From Candidatus Poriferihabitaceae bacterium (lineage in GTDB: Bacteria > Pseudomonadota > Gammaproteobacteria > Arenicellales > Poriferihabitantaceae): a stretch of DNA of 64,000 nt. The stretch lies in the NCBI GenBank assembly GCA_965223465.1, contig OZ245025.1, forward strand, positions 295,009-359,008. Reading direction: 5' to 3'. A model generated the notes under the pieces. It was not told where the DNA came from. It was given only the letters and a program-made list of their open reading frames with translations, and made no database searches. Below are positions 41,245 through 51,061 of this stretch, piece by piece. The first letter of the stretch is position 1. The number at the start of each line of letters is the position of its first letter. The position numbers and the translations under genes are program-made.

Positions 41245-42063
41245 ATGGATATGAAACGACTACAGCAAATAAGCATTGTGTTATTGGGCAGTATATTGAC
41301 CCAATTAAGCTATGCGCAAAGTGATACGAATATTGAATTAAGCGCTGCCACTTCAACACCGTTTGTGACCGAGGAAGAACGAACCCGAGCGCTGATATCA
41401 GAAGATCGACCTATCCATCAAAGCCTGGTTGAACTTGAAGAGAAGATCAAGGACACCGCCGTAGAAGAAGAGAATGCCAGCCATCGATCGAGACGCCTCG
41501 GAAAGTTGGCCTCACGCATGGATAACCGCCAGAAAAGGCTAGCGAAACAAAGTGAACGCCTGGTTGTGATTTCTGAGGTGGAGACATTGTTAGATAAGAT
41601 TACTAATTTGGAAACCAAACTCAGCGCAGAGACCGACCCAGCGACCATTGAAGAGTTGCAAACCAAGCTCACCGCAAGAAATGAAAGTCTTAGCCAAAAA
41701 CTAACACGCATCGACAATCTTGAAGAAAAAATTATCACCCTCGGAGAAAAATTAGCAGCCGATGAGAGCGCCTTGAATGCTATCATACAGGATCATCGAG
41801 CCAAATTGGAGACAAGGTTAAACAACGCGCTCCAATGGGAGACCACGCTCACTCAGAAAGTTGCCGAACTCAATGCAAAACTTTCCACTGCTACCAGGCC
41901 CACCAAAATAGAACGTATCGAAAAACAGCTCGCCAATAAACAATATAGAGCAAAGCAACTCACTGCACGTATCGTAAAAATTAGAGCACAATCTGATGAG
42001 TTGGAAGCAGGTATTGAGAGCCTACAACCAAGTGTGGGTGTTGCATCTGGTAGTGGCCCGTAA
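41245..42063 (+). CDS. Secreted long coiled-coil protein
   Basis: Signal peptide ending SYA-Q; heptad-rich E/K/L/R sequence. Confidence 0.7.
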   Translation: MDMKRLQQISIVLLGSILTQLSYAQSDTNIELSAATSTPFVTEEERTRALISEDRPIHQSLVELEEKIKDTAVEEENASHRSRRLGKLASRMDNRQKRLAKQSERLVVISEVETLLDKITNLETKLSAETDPATIEELQTKLTARNESLSQKLTRIDNLEEKIITLGEKLAADESALNAIIQDHRAKLETRLNNALQWETTLTQKVAELNAKLSTATRPTKIERIEKQLANKQYRAKQLTARIVKIRAQSDELEAGIESLQPSVGVASGSGP

Positions 42064-42249
42064 ATCTATACCCCCTTGCGTATCTTCAACGAAAGAGAAG
42101 GTCAGTAGTAGAAAACAACAAAAACACCGTCTAGCTGTGTTTTTTGTTAATTTGCATCCAAAATTGACCCACTAAGGCTAGGTATTTGCATCGAATTTTG
42201 ACCCACGTACAACCCCTCCTGCGAAGAACTAATGCAGGAGATAATCGGA

Positions 42250-43770
42250 GTGATAGACGTGGCGTTATTAAGTGTAATAAGACGATGGCATTTCCGCCAG
42301 GGGATGCCGATTCGAGAGATAGCAAGGCGAACCGGGCTGTCCCGTAATACAGTTCGCAAGTACCTCGCTAGTGGCGTGGTGGAGCCGAGCTACCCCAGCA
42401 GGAAGAGTCCATCCAAGCTTGATGATTATGAGCAGACACTGACCAATTGGCTGTTTAGGGAATCAAGAAGACACCGCAAGCAGCGACGCACGATGCGGCG
42501 ACTGCACAGTGATTTGGTTAAGCTTGGGTTTACAGGTTCGTATGATCGAGTGGCTGCCTTTGCTCGCGCCTGGAGGCAGGAACAGCAGGAGGCAAAGCGA
42601 GGTGCGGGCAAACACACCTATGTTCCCTTATCCTTTGCGCCAGGAGAAGCCTTCCAGTTCGACTGGAGCGAAGACTATGCGGTGATCAATGGCGTGAACA
42701 CCAAGTTGCAGATTGCGCACTTCAAGCTCAGCCACAGTCGGGCCTTCTACCTGCGGGCCTACCTGTTGCAGAGCCACGAGATGCTGTTTGATGCGCACTA
42801 CCATGCCTTCGGCATCTTCGGTGGTGTTCCAGAACGGGGGATATATGACAACATGAAGACAGCGGTGGATAAAGTAGGTCGCGGCAAGCAACGGACCATC
42901 AACCGGCGCTTTCAAGCGATGGCTAGCCACTATCTATTCGAAGCGGAGTTCTGCAACCCTGCAGCGGGCTGGGAGAAAGGTCAGGTGGAGAAAGGGGTAC
43001 GCGATGCGCGGTACCGGATATGGCAGGATGCCCCCCGATTCAAATCGCTCGCTGAACTGAACCGCTGGTTGCTTAAGCGCTGTATTGATCTGTGGCAAGA
43101 ATCGGCCCATCCCCAGGACAAACTAAAGACGATCTACGATTACTGGCAACAGGAGCAAGCAAATCTGATGGAGGTGCCCGCTGCCTTTGACGGCTTTGTT
43201 GAACACAGCAAACGTGTTACCTCGACCTGTCTGATCACCTTTGAACATAATCGATACAGTGTCCCGGCGAGCTTTGCCAACCGGGTGGTGAGCCTGCGCG
43301 TGTATGCCGAACGGTTGGTGATTGTGGCTGAAGCCCGCCAGGTGGCCGTTCATGAACGGGTCTTTACCCGCGATCATGGCAGCAGCGGCAGGACAATATA
43401 TGACTGGCGCCACTATCTGTCAGTGGTACAGCGTAAGCCTGGGGCGTTACGTAATGGTGCCCCCTTCAAGGAACTGCCGGAGAGTTTCCAACAACTGCAA
43501 ACCCGATTGTTAAAGCACCCTGGTGGTGATCGTGAGATGGTTGATGTACTGGCCCTGGTGCTGTTGCACGATGAGCAATTGGTTGAACGGGCAGTTAACG
43601 AAGCTCTGAAGGTTGAACACCCGTCCCGGGAGCATGTACTCAATTGCCTGAGCAGGCTCAGTGACCCCCCTCGTCCCAAGTCGCTTCGAACACCTGCAGC
43701 GCTGAAGCTGGTGAATGAGCCTGTGGCCAACACCCGGCGCTATGATCGTCTTCGTGGAGGCAAGCAATGA
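42250..43770 (+). CDS. istA: IS21 transposase IstA
   Basis: [22 protein letters not shown]; DDE motifs [20 protein letters not shown]. Confidence 0.95.
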   Translation: MIDVALLSVIRRWHFRQGMPIREIARRTGLSRNTVRKYLASGVVEPSYPSRKSPSKLDDYEQTLTNWLFRESRRHRKQRRTMRRLHSDLVKLGFTGSYDRVAAFARAWRQEQQEAKRGAGKHTYVPLSFAPGEAFQFDWSEDYAVINGVNTKLQIAHFKLSHSRAFYLRAYLLQSHEMLFDAHYHAFGIFGGVPERGIYDNMKTAVDKVGRGKQRTINRRFQAMASHYLFEAEFCNPAAGWEKGQVEKGVRDARYRIWQDAPRFKSLAELNRWLLKRCIDLWQESAHPQDKLKTIYDYWQQEQANLMEVPAAFDGFVEHSKRVTSTCLITFEHNRYSVPASFANRVVSLRVYAERLVIVAEARQVAVHERVFTRDHGSSGRTIYDWRHYLSVVQRKPGALRNGAPFKELPESFQQLQTRLLKHPGGDREMVDVLALVLLHDEQLVERAVNEALKVEHPSREHVLNCLSRLSDPPRPKSLRTPAALKLVNEPVANTRRYDRLRGGKQ

Positions 43771-44540
43771 AAGCGCAAGCCATGATTACTACGTTGAAGT
43801 CTCTCAAGCTGTTTGGTATGGCTGAGACCATTGCGACCATGTCCACTCAGTCTGCACCTGCTTATCAGCAGGCGATACCGATCCTGGAGGTCTTGCTTAA
43901 GGCTGAGGTGGCTGAACGGGAAGTCCGTTCCATCAACTACCAGATGAAGGTAGCCAGGTTCCCGGCCTATCGAGATCTGGCTGGCTTTGATTTTAGCGAG
44001 AGCGAGGCCGATGAAGCACTTATCCGGGCCTTGCATCGCTGTGAGTTTCTGGAAGACGCGCAGAATATCGTCTTCGTGGGCGGCCCGGGTACGGGCAAAA
44101 CACATCTGGCAACAGCCATTGGTGTACAGGCCATACAGCATCGCCATCTCAGGGTGCGTTGTCTGTCCGTAATTGAACTGGTCAACCAGCTTGAGCAGGA
44201 GAAACAATTGGGAAAACCAGGGCGCCTGGCGAATCGTTTATTGCATACCGATCTGGTGATCCTGGATGAATTGGGCTATCTGCCGTTCAGTCAAAGCGGT
44301 GGGGCATTATTATTCCATCTGATCAGCAGGCTCTATGAGAAGACTAGTATCATCATTACCACTAATCTGGATTTTGCAGAATGGTCTAGTGTGTTCAGTG
44401 ATCCGAAATTAACAACGGCATTGTTGGACAGATTAACCCATCACTGCCATATCATTGAAACGGGTAATGACAGTTACCGGTTCAGGCATTCAACAGCAAA
44501 AATGAAGGAGGTGAAAGCTAAAAAAAGAAACTCAACTTAG
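43767..44540 (+). CDS. istB: IS21 helper ATPase IstB
   Basis: [18 protein letters not shown] and LLDRLTHH motifs; ATGA overlap with istA. Confidence 0.96.
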   Translation: MKAQAMITTLKSLKLFGMAETIATMSTQSAPAYQQAIPILEVLLKAEVAEREVRSINYQMKVARFPAYRDLAGFDFSESEADEALIRALHRCEFLEDAQNIVFVGGPGTGKTHLATAIGVQAIQHRHLRVRCLSVIELVNQLEQEKQLGKPGRLANRLLHTDLVILDELGYLPFSQSGGALLFHLISRLYEKTSIIITTNLDFAEWSSVFSDPKLTTALLDRLTHHCHIIETGNDSYRFRHSTAKMKEVKAKKRNST

Positions 44541-44612
44541 GTCATAATCAGACCAAATAGACGGGTCAAAATTCAGTGCAAATCCCGGGTCAATTTTGGA
44601 TGCAAATTAACA

Positions 44613-44827
44613 TAGTAAGTATAGGGTGGTTTAGTACGATTCTTCTCCCAATTGACGATAGTCGAAGTGGTCACATTGAGCCTTTTTGCGACTTCTTTTT
44701 GCAGTAAATTGAGGTCAAGCCTTTTAGCTCGGATATGGTCTCCAAAAGTGATTATTTCCTTAGGGTAGTGTCGAGAAATTCGTAAAGCATTGATAACTAT
44801 AGGTTTACAACATGGCAACGCAACGGT
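44613..44827 (-). pseudogene. XRE-type HTH gene body, separated from its start by att and cut at the 3' end by IS21
   Basis: TFGDHIRAKRLDLNLLQKEVAKRLNVTTSTIVNWEKNRTKP HTH; the frame runs into the IS right IR; 5' part lies at 23417-23461. Confidence 0.8.
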
Positions 44828-44829
44828 GT
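44807..44829. other. attR: right inverted arm ACAACATGGCAACGCAAC, GG, core TGT
   Basis: Reverse complement of 23420-23437; comM codons AAT TGT GGT TAT TAT GGC GAT resume at 44830. Confidence 0.92.
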
Positions 44830-45303
44830 AATTGTGGTTATTATGGCGATAGTGCAAATCCTGCCAAGTGCCGCTGTACACCAGATCAAATCAACCGCTA
44901 TCGGGCTAAGTTATCTGGGCCATTGCTGGACCGGATTGATATGCATATTGAAGTCCCTCGCGTACCGCAGGAAGTGTTGTCCGCGCCCGGCCCAAAGGAT
45001 GAACGGACCAGCAGTCAAATACGCAATAAGGTAACAGCCGTACAGGCCAAGCAGACTAAACGACAGGGCTGTCTCAATAGTAAGCTGACGCCTAAGCAAA
45101 TTGACAAGATTTGCGCGCTGGATAAACCAGCGCAACAACTGATTGATACCGCCATGAATCGGTTGGGTTTATCCGCTCGTGGCTATCATCGTATTTTAAA
45201 ACTAGCGCGCTCGATCGCGGACCTAGCGTGCAGTGAGCATATTACGCAGGCGCAGCTAGGGCAGGCGATTCAATTGCGTAGTTTGGATAGAAGTCGGTCG
45301 TGA
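44812..45303 (+). pseudogene. comM: ComM C-terminal fragment (157 native codons from 44830; ATG supplied by attR)
   Basis: CNCGYYGD...CRCT, SGPLLDRID and LSARGYHRILKLARSIADL motifs. Confidence 0.93.
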
Positions 45304-45384
45304 AGCACTATGAATATTGTTAATGTGACGGGTGTATCAGAGCCTCAGCATAGATTTTCTAAAAAGTATATGAAGCGTATCGAG

Positions 45385-45963
45385 ATGGCCGAGGTGGCAA
45401 TAATCGGTTGGGGATCCTTGCTTTGGGATTTAGATGATTTAGACCCTAAAGTGAATGGGGAGTGGCATATCGGTGAAGGACCCCAATTACCACTCGAATT
45501 TGTGCGTATCTCGCCTAAGCGTAAGCAAAGTCTGGTGGTGGTGACAGATCTTCAGCACGGTGCACCCTGTGGCAGTAGTTATATAAAAAGCAAGCGAACA
45601 AATATAGAGGCGGCGATAGATGACCTGGCTGCGCGTGAGCGAACCAAAGCGGATGAAATCGGTGCGGTAAGCGATCAGCAGATCTACCAGGCGAAGCATC
45701 CTGAAATTGCTAAACTGGTTCAAGACTGGTTAAAGACATCGCCCTGCGAAGCGGCAATATGGACCGATCTTTCTGCTAATTTCGAGCTAGAAACTGGTTT
45801 ACCTTTTGACGTAGACACAGCGATCAGCTATTTGAAAACCCTAAAAGGCGAGTCATTATTAGAAGCAAAGCGTTATATCGATTTCGCACCGCCGCAGGTG
45901 GTGACTCCGTTGCGTAATGCGTTGAACAAAAACGGCTGGTGGCAGGGGTTACGGCTAGAGTAA
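45385..45963 (+). CDS. Hypothetical protein, gamma-glutamylcyclotransferase-like N-terminal motif
   Basis: VAIIGWGSLLW resembles the GYGSL loop of the GGCT/ChaC fold; start chosen at MAEVAII. Confidence 0.55.
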   Translation: MAEVAIIGWGSLLWDLDDLDPKVNGEWHIGEGPQLPLEFVRISPKRKQSLVVVTDLQHGAPCGSSYIKSKRTNIEAAIDDLAARERTKADEIGAVSDQQIYQAKHPEIAKLVQDWLKTSPCEAAIWTDLSANFELETGLPFDVDTAISYLKTLKGESLLEAKRYIDFAPPQVVTPLRNALNKNGWWQGLRLE

Positions 45964-46058
45964 ACCGCAGTAGAAAAAGCCAGTGTGGGCAGGTATTCAT
46001 TTATTGGCTTTGTGGTAAACTTCAGCAGTGTTGTGGACATACGGTTCGCAACCCATTA

Positions 46059-46172
46059 TGGCGGTGAAAATAGGCCACTTTGGTGGCGATAGATTGTGAA
46101 CCCGGTCAGGCCTGGAAGGGAGCAGCCGTAGCAGTCAAATCGGGTGCCGAGCCCGGCTTGTTGGATCCGCCA
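46059..46172 (+). ncRNA. ffs: Signal recognition particle 4.5S RNA
   Basis: Conserved helix 8 CCGGTCAGGCCTGGAAGGGAGCAGCC; ends TGGCGG...CCGCCA pair; upstream of dnaX; boundaries approximate. Confidence 0.88.
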
Positions 46173-46242
46173 CCAATCATCCTGGGGAGCCTAAACCTGC
46201 GTGTTTTCTTGTCAAAAGTCAGCCTTCGATTATAGCTAATCT

Positions 46243-48060
46243 ATGAGTTATCAAGTACTTGCGCGAAAGTGGCGCCCGGCTCAGTTTGATCAGGTGGTTG
46301 GACAAAAACACATCGTTGCAGCGCTTTCTAACGCGCTCGATCAAGATCGCGTGCATCATGCTTTTTTATTTACCGGTACACGTGGTGTAGGTAAAACCAC
46401 CCTGGCGCGAATTTTTGCCAAAGCGCTCAATTGTGAGCAAGGTGTCAGTTCAACACCGTGTGGTGAATGCGCCGCCTGCGTAGCGGTCGCCGAAGGGCGG
46501 TTTATCGATTTAATTGAAGTCGATGCGGCATCGCGTACCAAGGTGGATGATACGCGCGAGCTGTTAGAAAATGTGCAGTATGCACCCACTCAGGGACGCT
46601 ATAAAATCTATTTGATTGACGAAGTGCATATGCTTTCAACGCATAGCTTTAACGCTTTATTGAAAACCTTGGAAGAGCCGCCCGGGCACGTAAAATTTTT
46701 ACTCGCGACCACCGACCCGCAAAAACTCCCAATGACGGTGTTGTCTCGATGCATCCAGTTTAGCCTGAATGCGATTGAGCTACAGGCCATCGAAAAGCAG
46801 TTGGGCATGATCCTGCAAAGCGAGGAAATTGCGTTTGAACCCACAGCCTTAAGTATACTGGCGCGCGGCGCAGATGGCAGCTTGCGCGATGCTTTGAGTC
46901 TATTGGATCAGGCAATCGCTTATAGTGACCAACGGGTAAGCGAATCCGCAGTGCGTAAAATGCTTGGTCTGATTGAGGGGCAATCTGTTGTTGATATTTT
47001 ATATGCGTTGGCGGAAAACGATATTGATAGCTTGATGGAGGTTGTAGCGCAATTAACCCATGCCGCACAGGACTTGAAAACTGCACTGGATGACCTGCTT
47101 TCTTATTTACACACGCTCGCTTTATACCAGTTTGCACCCGATGCAGTAACCTGGAAAGGGGCAGATGCAGATCAGCTTGCCAAGCTGGCTGATTTGTATC
47201 CCGCGGAAACGCTTCAGTTGTATTACCAGATCGTGTTAAATGGTAAACGTGATTTTGCTTTGGCACCCGACGCTCGAACCGGGTTCGAAATGATCTTACT
47301 TAGATTGGCTGCGTTCAAGCCTGCTAGCGCGAGTGAGAATTTAACCAAGGCGGCACCCAAAACGGGTATTAGCGGCGCCGAACAAGGCGGCATAGCTCAG
47401 GCTAGAAAATCCCTGGAGAAGCCAAAGAAAACTATCCAGCCCGAAACCCAACAGCAAGTTCCCAGGTCTTCGCGAGATACGGACGAGACTGCTGATTCGC
47501 TGTTAGAAAATGGGTTACAAAACGAAGTGCTACGCGCGCGTCTGCAGCCGGCCTCTAGTCTGTCAAGAAATTCCGAGCCAGTTACGGAATCTGAGCATGT
47601 TACCCCCGCTGTTGCAGAACCAGAAAGCCAATCCGACGAAAAAAATAATAAACATAATATCAATGAGTTAATAAGTAATATTAATGCTTGGTCTGATTTT
47701 ATGCTTAAGTCTGGATTAAGTGGTATGGCACGGCAGTTGGCGATGCATATGCAACCCCTTGGGTTCGAGAGCAACCGGTTAAAGCTCAAGCTAGATCAGC
47801 GCTATGCCAATCTACAATCGGCGGATCGGATGGCAAGAATTACCGAGGTATTGCAACAAACCGGTGAACAAGCGTTTGCAATTGGGGTCGAACTGGGTGA
47901 GGTCGAATCGGCACAGACTGCAGCTGGTGTGATCGCGGAACGAGAGCGATTAAACCTGGAAAAAACCAGGCAGGAATTCAAAGAAGACGAAAATGTAAAA
48001 GAGCTGATGACGCAGTTTAATGCTGAGGTCGATGACAGCTCGATCAAACCCGTTAATTAG
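46243..48060 (+). CDS. dnaX: DNA polymerase III subunit gamma/tau
   Basis: MSYQVLARKWRP, GTRGVGKTT, IDEVHML and SRC motifs. Confidence 0.98.
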   Translation: MSYQVLARKWRPAQFDQVVGQKHIVAALSNALDQDRVHHAFLFTGTRGVGKTTLARIFAKALNCEQGVSSTPCGECAACVAVAEGRFIDLIEVDAASRTKVDDTRELLENVQYAPTQGRYKIYLIDEVHMLSTHSFNALLKTLEEPPGHVKFLLATTDPQKLPMTVLSRCIQFSLNAIELQAIEKQLGMILQSEEIAFEPTALSILARGADGSLRDALSLLDQAIAYSDQRVSESAVRKMLGLIEGQSVVDILYALAENDIDSLMEVVAQLTHAAQDLKTALDDLLSYLHTLALYQFAPDAVTWKGADADQLAKLADLYPAETLQLYYQIVLNGKRDFALAPDARTGFEMILLRLAAFKPASASENLTKAAPKTGISGAEQGGIAQARKSLEKPKKTIQPETQQQVPRSSRDTDETADSLLENGLQNEVLRARLQPASSLSRNSEPVTESEHVTPAVAEPESQSDEKNNKHNINELISNINAWSDFMLKSGLSGMARQLAMHMQPLGFESNRLKLKLDQRYANLQSADRMARITEVLQQTGEQAFAIGVELGEVESAQTAAGVIAERERLNLEKTRQEFKEDENVKELMTQFNAEVDDSSIKPVN

Positions 48061-48087
48061 TAACAGATATCAAATAGAGGTGAAACA

Positions 48088-48411
48088 ATGAAAGGTGGGC
48101 TAGGCAATATTATGAAGCAGGCGCAAGCGATGCAAGAAAATATGCAGAAGGCACAAGCGGAATTGGCTGAAATAGAAGTGCAGGGGCAATCCGGTGGTGG
48201 CTTGGTCAGTATTACCATGAGCTGTAAATACGATGTACGACGCGTGAAAATTGATCCGGAATTGGTCGGCGATGATGTTGAAGTATTAGAGGATTTAATT
48301 ACCGCGGCGTTCAATGACGCCTTAAACAAGGTAGAAGCTACGACCCAGGAGAAAATGGGTGGTCTAACTGCTGGGATGAATTTGCCAGGTGGCTTAAAGA
48401 TGCCATTCTAA
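48088..48411 (+). CDS. ybaB: Nucleoid-associated protein YbaB/EbfC
   Basis: MKQAQ.MQ, G.SGGGLV and LEDLI.AA.NDA motifs. Confidence 0.96.
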   Translation: MKGGLGNIMKQAQAMQENMQKAQAELAEIEVQGQSGGGLVSITMSCKYDVRRVKIDPELVGDDVEVLEDLITAAFNDALNKVEATTQEKMGGLTAGMNLPGGLKMPF

Positions 48412-48426
48412 CCAGGTTCTGTTTTG

Positions 48427-49023
48427 ATGTCTGATACGCGCTCTGTCGAGCAGCTACAACAGTCTTTGCAGCGCCTTCCTGGGGTGGGCCCCAGATCCGC
48501 GCAACGCATGGCTTTTCATTTACTAGAGCGAGATCGAGAAGGTGCTTTTTCCATCGCAGAGGCGCTTAAATCTGCGCTCTCTAAAGTTAATCATTGTACG
48601 CGTTGCAATAATTTTGCTGAAGCCGAACTATGCGTGATTTGCGCTTCAGCCAGTCGCGATCATCGTATTTTGTGTATTGCCGAAACGCCCGCTGATGTTG
48701 AAGCGATTGAACAGGCGAGCGCGTACAAAGGTATGTATTTTGTGTTGATGGGCCATTTATCACCTTTGGACGGAATCGGCCCAGAACAGCTGGGCATTAC
48801 CCAAATGCAAGCCTTGGTGCAAGAAGCCAATATACAGGAGGTTATTTTGGCGACCAACCTGACGCTGGAAGGTGAAGCAACCGCAGATTATATTGCTGAT
48901 TTATTGAGTGACAGCCTGGTTTCGGTCACTAGACTTGCGCGCGGTGTACCGGTGGGGGGCGAATTGGAATATATGGATCCAGGGACATTAAATCAGGCTT
49001 TTGCCGACCGGCGTAAGCTTTAG
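48427..49023 (+). CDS. recR: Recombination mediator RecR
   Basis: [12 protein letters not shown]4 zinc finger, [29 protein letters not shown]. Confidence 0.97.
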   Translation: MSDTRSVEQLQQSLQRLPGVGPRSAQRMAFHLLERDREGAFSIAEALKSALSKVNHCTRCNNFAEAELCVICASASRDHRILCIAETPADVEAIEQASAYKGMYFVLMGHLSPLDGIGPEQLGITQMQALVQEANIQEVILATNLTLEGEATADYIADLLSDSLVSVTRLARGVPVGGELEYMDPGTLNQAFADRRKL

Positions 49024-49033
49024 GTTCAACGGT

Positions 49034-51046
49034 GTGTCCAAGTCGGTATTAAAACTCGTCAGTTCCTACCAACCCGCTGGCGATCAACCCCAGGCTATTG
49101 ACTCGCTGATCAATGGATTGAATGCTGGAGAGCTGTTCCAAACCTTACTGGGCGTAACGGGTTCAGGTAAAACCTTTACCATGGCCAATGTAATTGAAAA
49201 AACGGGTCGTCCGGCTGTCATCCTGGCACCAAATAAAACACTGGCAGCGCAATTATATTCTGAGATGCGCGATTTTTTCCCGCACAACGCGGTTGAGTAT
49301 TTTGTCTCGTACTACGACTACTACCAACCCGAGGCGTACGTGCCCAGTTCAGATACGTATATCGAGAAGGATGCGTCCGTCAACGACCATATCGATCAAA
49401 TGCGGCTGTCGGCAACCAAGGCCCTGATCGAGCGCCGAGATACGGTTATAGTAGCGACCGTATCAGCTATTTATGGCTTGGGAGACCCAGAGTCTTATCA
49501 CAAAATGATATTGCATGTGCGCCAGGGTGCCATTATGGAGCAACGCGGGATATTAAAGCGTTTGGCCGAATTGCAATACACGCGTAATGATGTTGAGCTC
49601 AGACGGGGAACGTTTCGGGTACGAGGTGATGTGATTGATATTTATCCGGCCGAATCGGAACAGTTGGCGGTGCGCTTGGAGCTTTTTGGTGATGAGGTTG
49701 AGAAAATTAGCCGCTTTGACCCATTAACGGGCGTATTAGAAGAGCAGCTGCAAAGGGTAACCGTCTATCCAAAAAGTCACTATGTGACGCCGCGAGAGAC
49801 TGTATTGAGCGTCATAGACGATATTCGAGAAGAGTTGCGTGAGCGGCATGCGTATCTGGAGGCAAACGGCAAATTGGTTGAGGCACAACGGCTCAAACAA
49901 CGCACGGAGTACGATTTGGAAATGATGCGCGAGCTGGGATATTGCACTGGTATTGAGAATTATTCTCGTTATTTATCCGGTCGCAAAGAAGGGCAGGCCC
50001 CGCCCACTTTGATGGACTATATACCTGCAGATGGCCTGTTATTTATTGATGAAAGTCATGTCATGGTCCCCCAGGTGGGCGCTATGTTTAAAGGTGATCG
50101 ATCTCGAAAAGATACGCTGGTCGAATATGGTTTCCGTCTACCCTCAGCGCGCGACAATCGGCCGCTCACTTTTACGGAATTTGAACAACTGATTCCGCAA
50201 ACTATCTTTGTTTCGGCAACCCCTGGCAATTATGAAATGGCGCATGCGCCTGAAGTGATTGATCAAGTTGTACGTCCAACCGGATTGGTCGACCCGAGTG
50301 TGGAATTAAGGCCGGTAGAAACCCAGGTCGATGATCTGCTTTCAGAAATTAGCCTACGCGTCGCGCGCAACGAGCGTGTGTTAGTGACAACAATTACCAA
50401 GCGCATGTCCGAAGATTTAACCGATTATTATGATGCCCAGGGCGTAAAAGTGCGCTATTTACACTCGGATATCGATACGGTTGAGCGGGTTGAAATTATT
50501 CGTGATCTGCGTCGGGGAGAGTTTGATGTGTTGATCGGGATAAATTTGCTCAGGGAAGGTCTGGATATTCCAGAAGTATCCCTGGTTGCCATCCTAGATG
50601 CGGATAAAGAAGGTTTTTTGCGTTCAACCCGGTCGCTCATTCAAACCATCGGGCGCGCAGCGCGTAATATAAATGGTCATGTTATTTTGTATGCGGACCG
50701 CGAAACCAATTCTATTAAACAGGCCCTGGAAGAAACAAATCGCCGTCGAGCGCGCCAAATAGCACATAATACTAAGCATAAGATTACACCTAAAGGTGTG
50801 GTTAAGCCGGTTCAGGATATTATTGATGGTATTCCTATCGCACTACAAGACGACGCGAAATATGCACAAGCAGCGGAAAAAGTGGCAGAATACCAAGTCG
50901 GGGCACCGGGTGACTGGGGAAAAATAGTTTTGCAACTGGAGAAACAAATGTACGCGCACGCAAAGAACTTGGAGTTTGAGCAAGCAGGTGCAATTCGCGA
51001 TAAAATCAAGCTCATAAGAGACCAGAACCTGAAAAGTACGCTATAA
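49034..51046 (+). CDS. uvrB: Excinuclease ABC subunit B
   Basis: [28 protein letters not shown] and C-terminal UVR domain; GTG start at 49034 inferred. Confidence 0.97.
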   Translation: MSKSVLKLVSSYQPAGDQPQAIDSLINGLNAGELFQTLLGVTGSGKTFTMANVIEKTGRPAVILAPNKTLAAQLYSEMRDFFPHNAVEYFVSYYDYYQPEAYVPSSDTYIEKDASVNDHIDQMRLSATKALIERRDTVIVATVSAIYGLGDPESYHKMILHVRQGAIMEQRGILKRLAELQYTRNDVELRRGTFRVRGDVIDIYPAESEQLAVRLELFGDEVEKISRFDPLTGVLEEQLQRVTVYPKSHYVTPRETVLSVIDDIREELRERHAYLEANGKLVEAQRLKQRTEYDLEMMRELGYCTGIENYSRYLSGRKEGQAPPTLMDYIPADGLLFIDESHVMVPQVGAMFKGDRSRKDTLVEYGFRLPSARDNRPLTFTEFEQLIPQTIFVSATPGNYEMAHAPEVIDQVVRPTGLVDPSVELRPVETQVDDLLSEISLRVARNERVLVTTITKRMSEDLTDYYDAQGVKVRYLHSDIDTVERVEIIRDLRRGEFDVLIGINLLREGLDIPEVSLVAILDADKEGFLRSTRSLIQTIGRAARNINGHVILYADRETNSIKQALEETNRRRARQIAHNTKHKITPKGVVKPVQDIIDGIPIALQDDAKYAQAAEKVAEYQVGAPGDWGKIVLQLEKQMYAHAKNLEFEQAGAIRDKIKLIRDQNLKSTL

Positions 51047-51061
51047 GCAATCCCGTCTACC

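Larger units (their letters stand above)
42145..44612 (+). mobile_element. IS21-family insertion sequence (2468 bp)
   Basis: Perfect 26-bp terminal IRs TGTTAATTTGCATCCAAAATTGACCC (42145-42170) and its complement (44587-44612); subterminal repeat copies; istA-istB. Confidence 0.96.
23419..44826. mobile_element. ~21.4 kb serine-recombinase integrative element inserted in comM
   Basis: Removing it restores comM in frame (NPC|NCGYYGD). It has 18-bp terminal inverted repeats, a large serine recombinase at the left end and visibly AT-rich accessory cargo. Confidence 0.95.

Noticed and set aside
23419-44826. Prophage or ICE call for the island
   Set aside because: No recognisable capsid, terminase, tail, relaxase or T4SS genes.
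44828-44881. ORF-track start for the HTH gene at 44881
   Set aside because: This part is antisense comM sequence outside the element with no evident RBS. The credible start is at 23461, across attP.
47638-47650. dnaX -1 frameshift site (A AAA AAT with an immediate -1 frame TAA) that could make a gamma subunit
   Set aside because: The position is plausible, but the heptamer is not the efficient A AAA AAG, and I see no upstream SD-like element or downstream hairpin.
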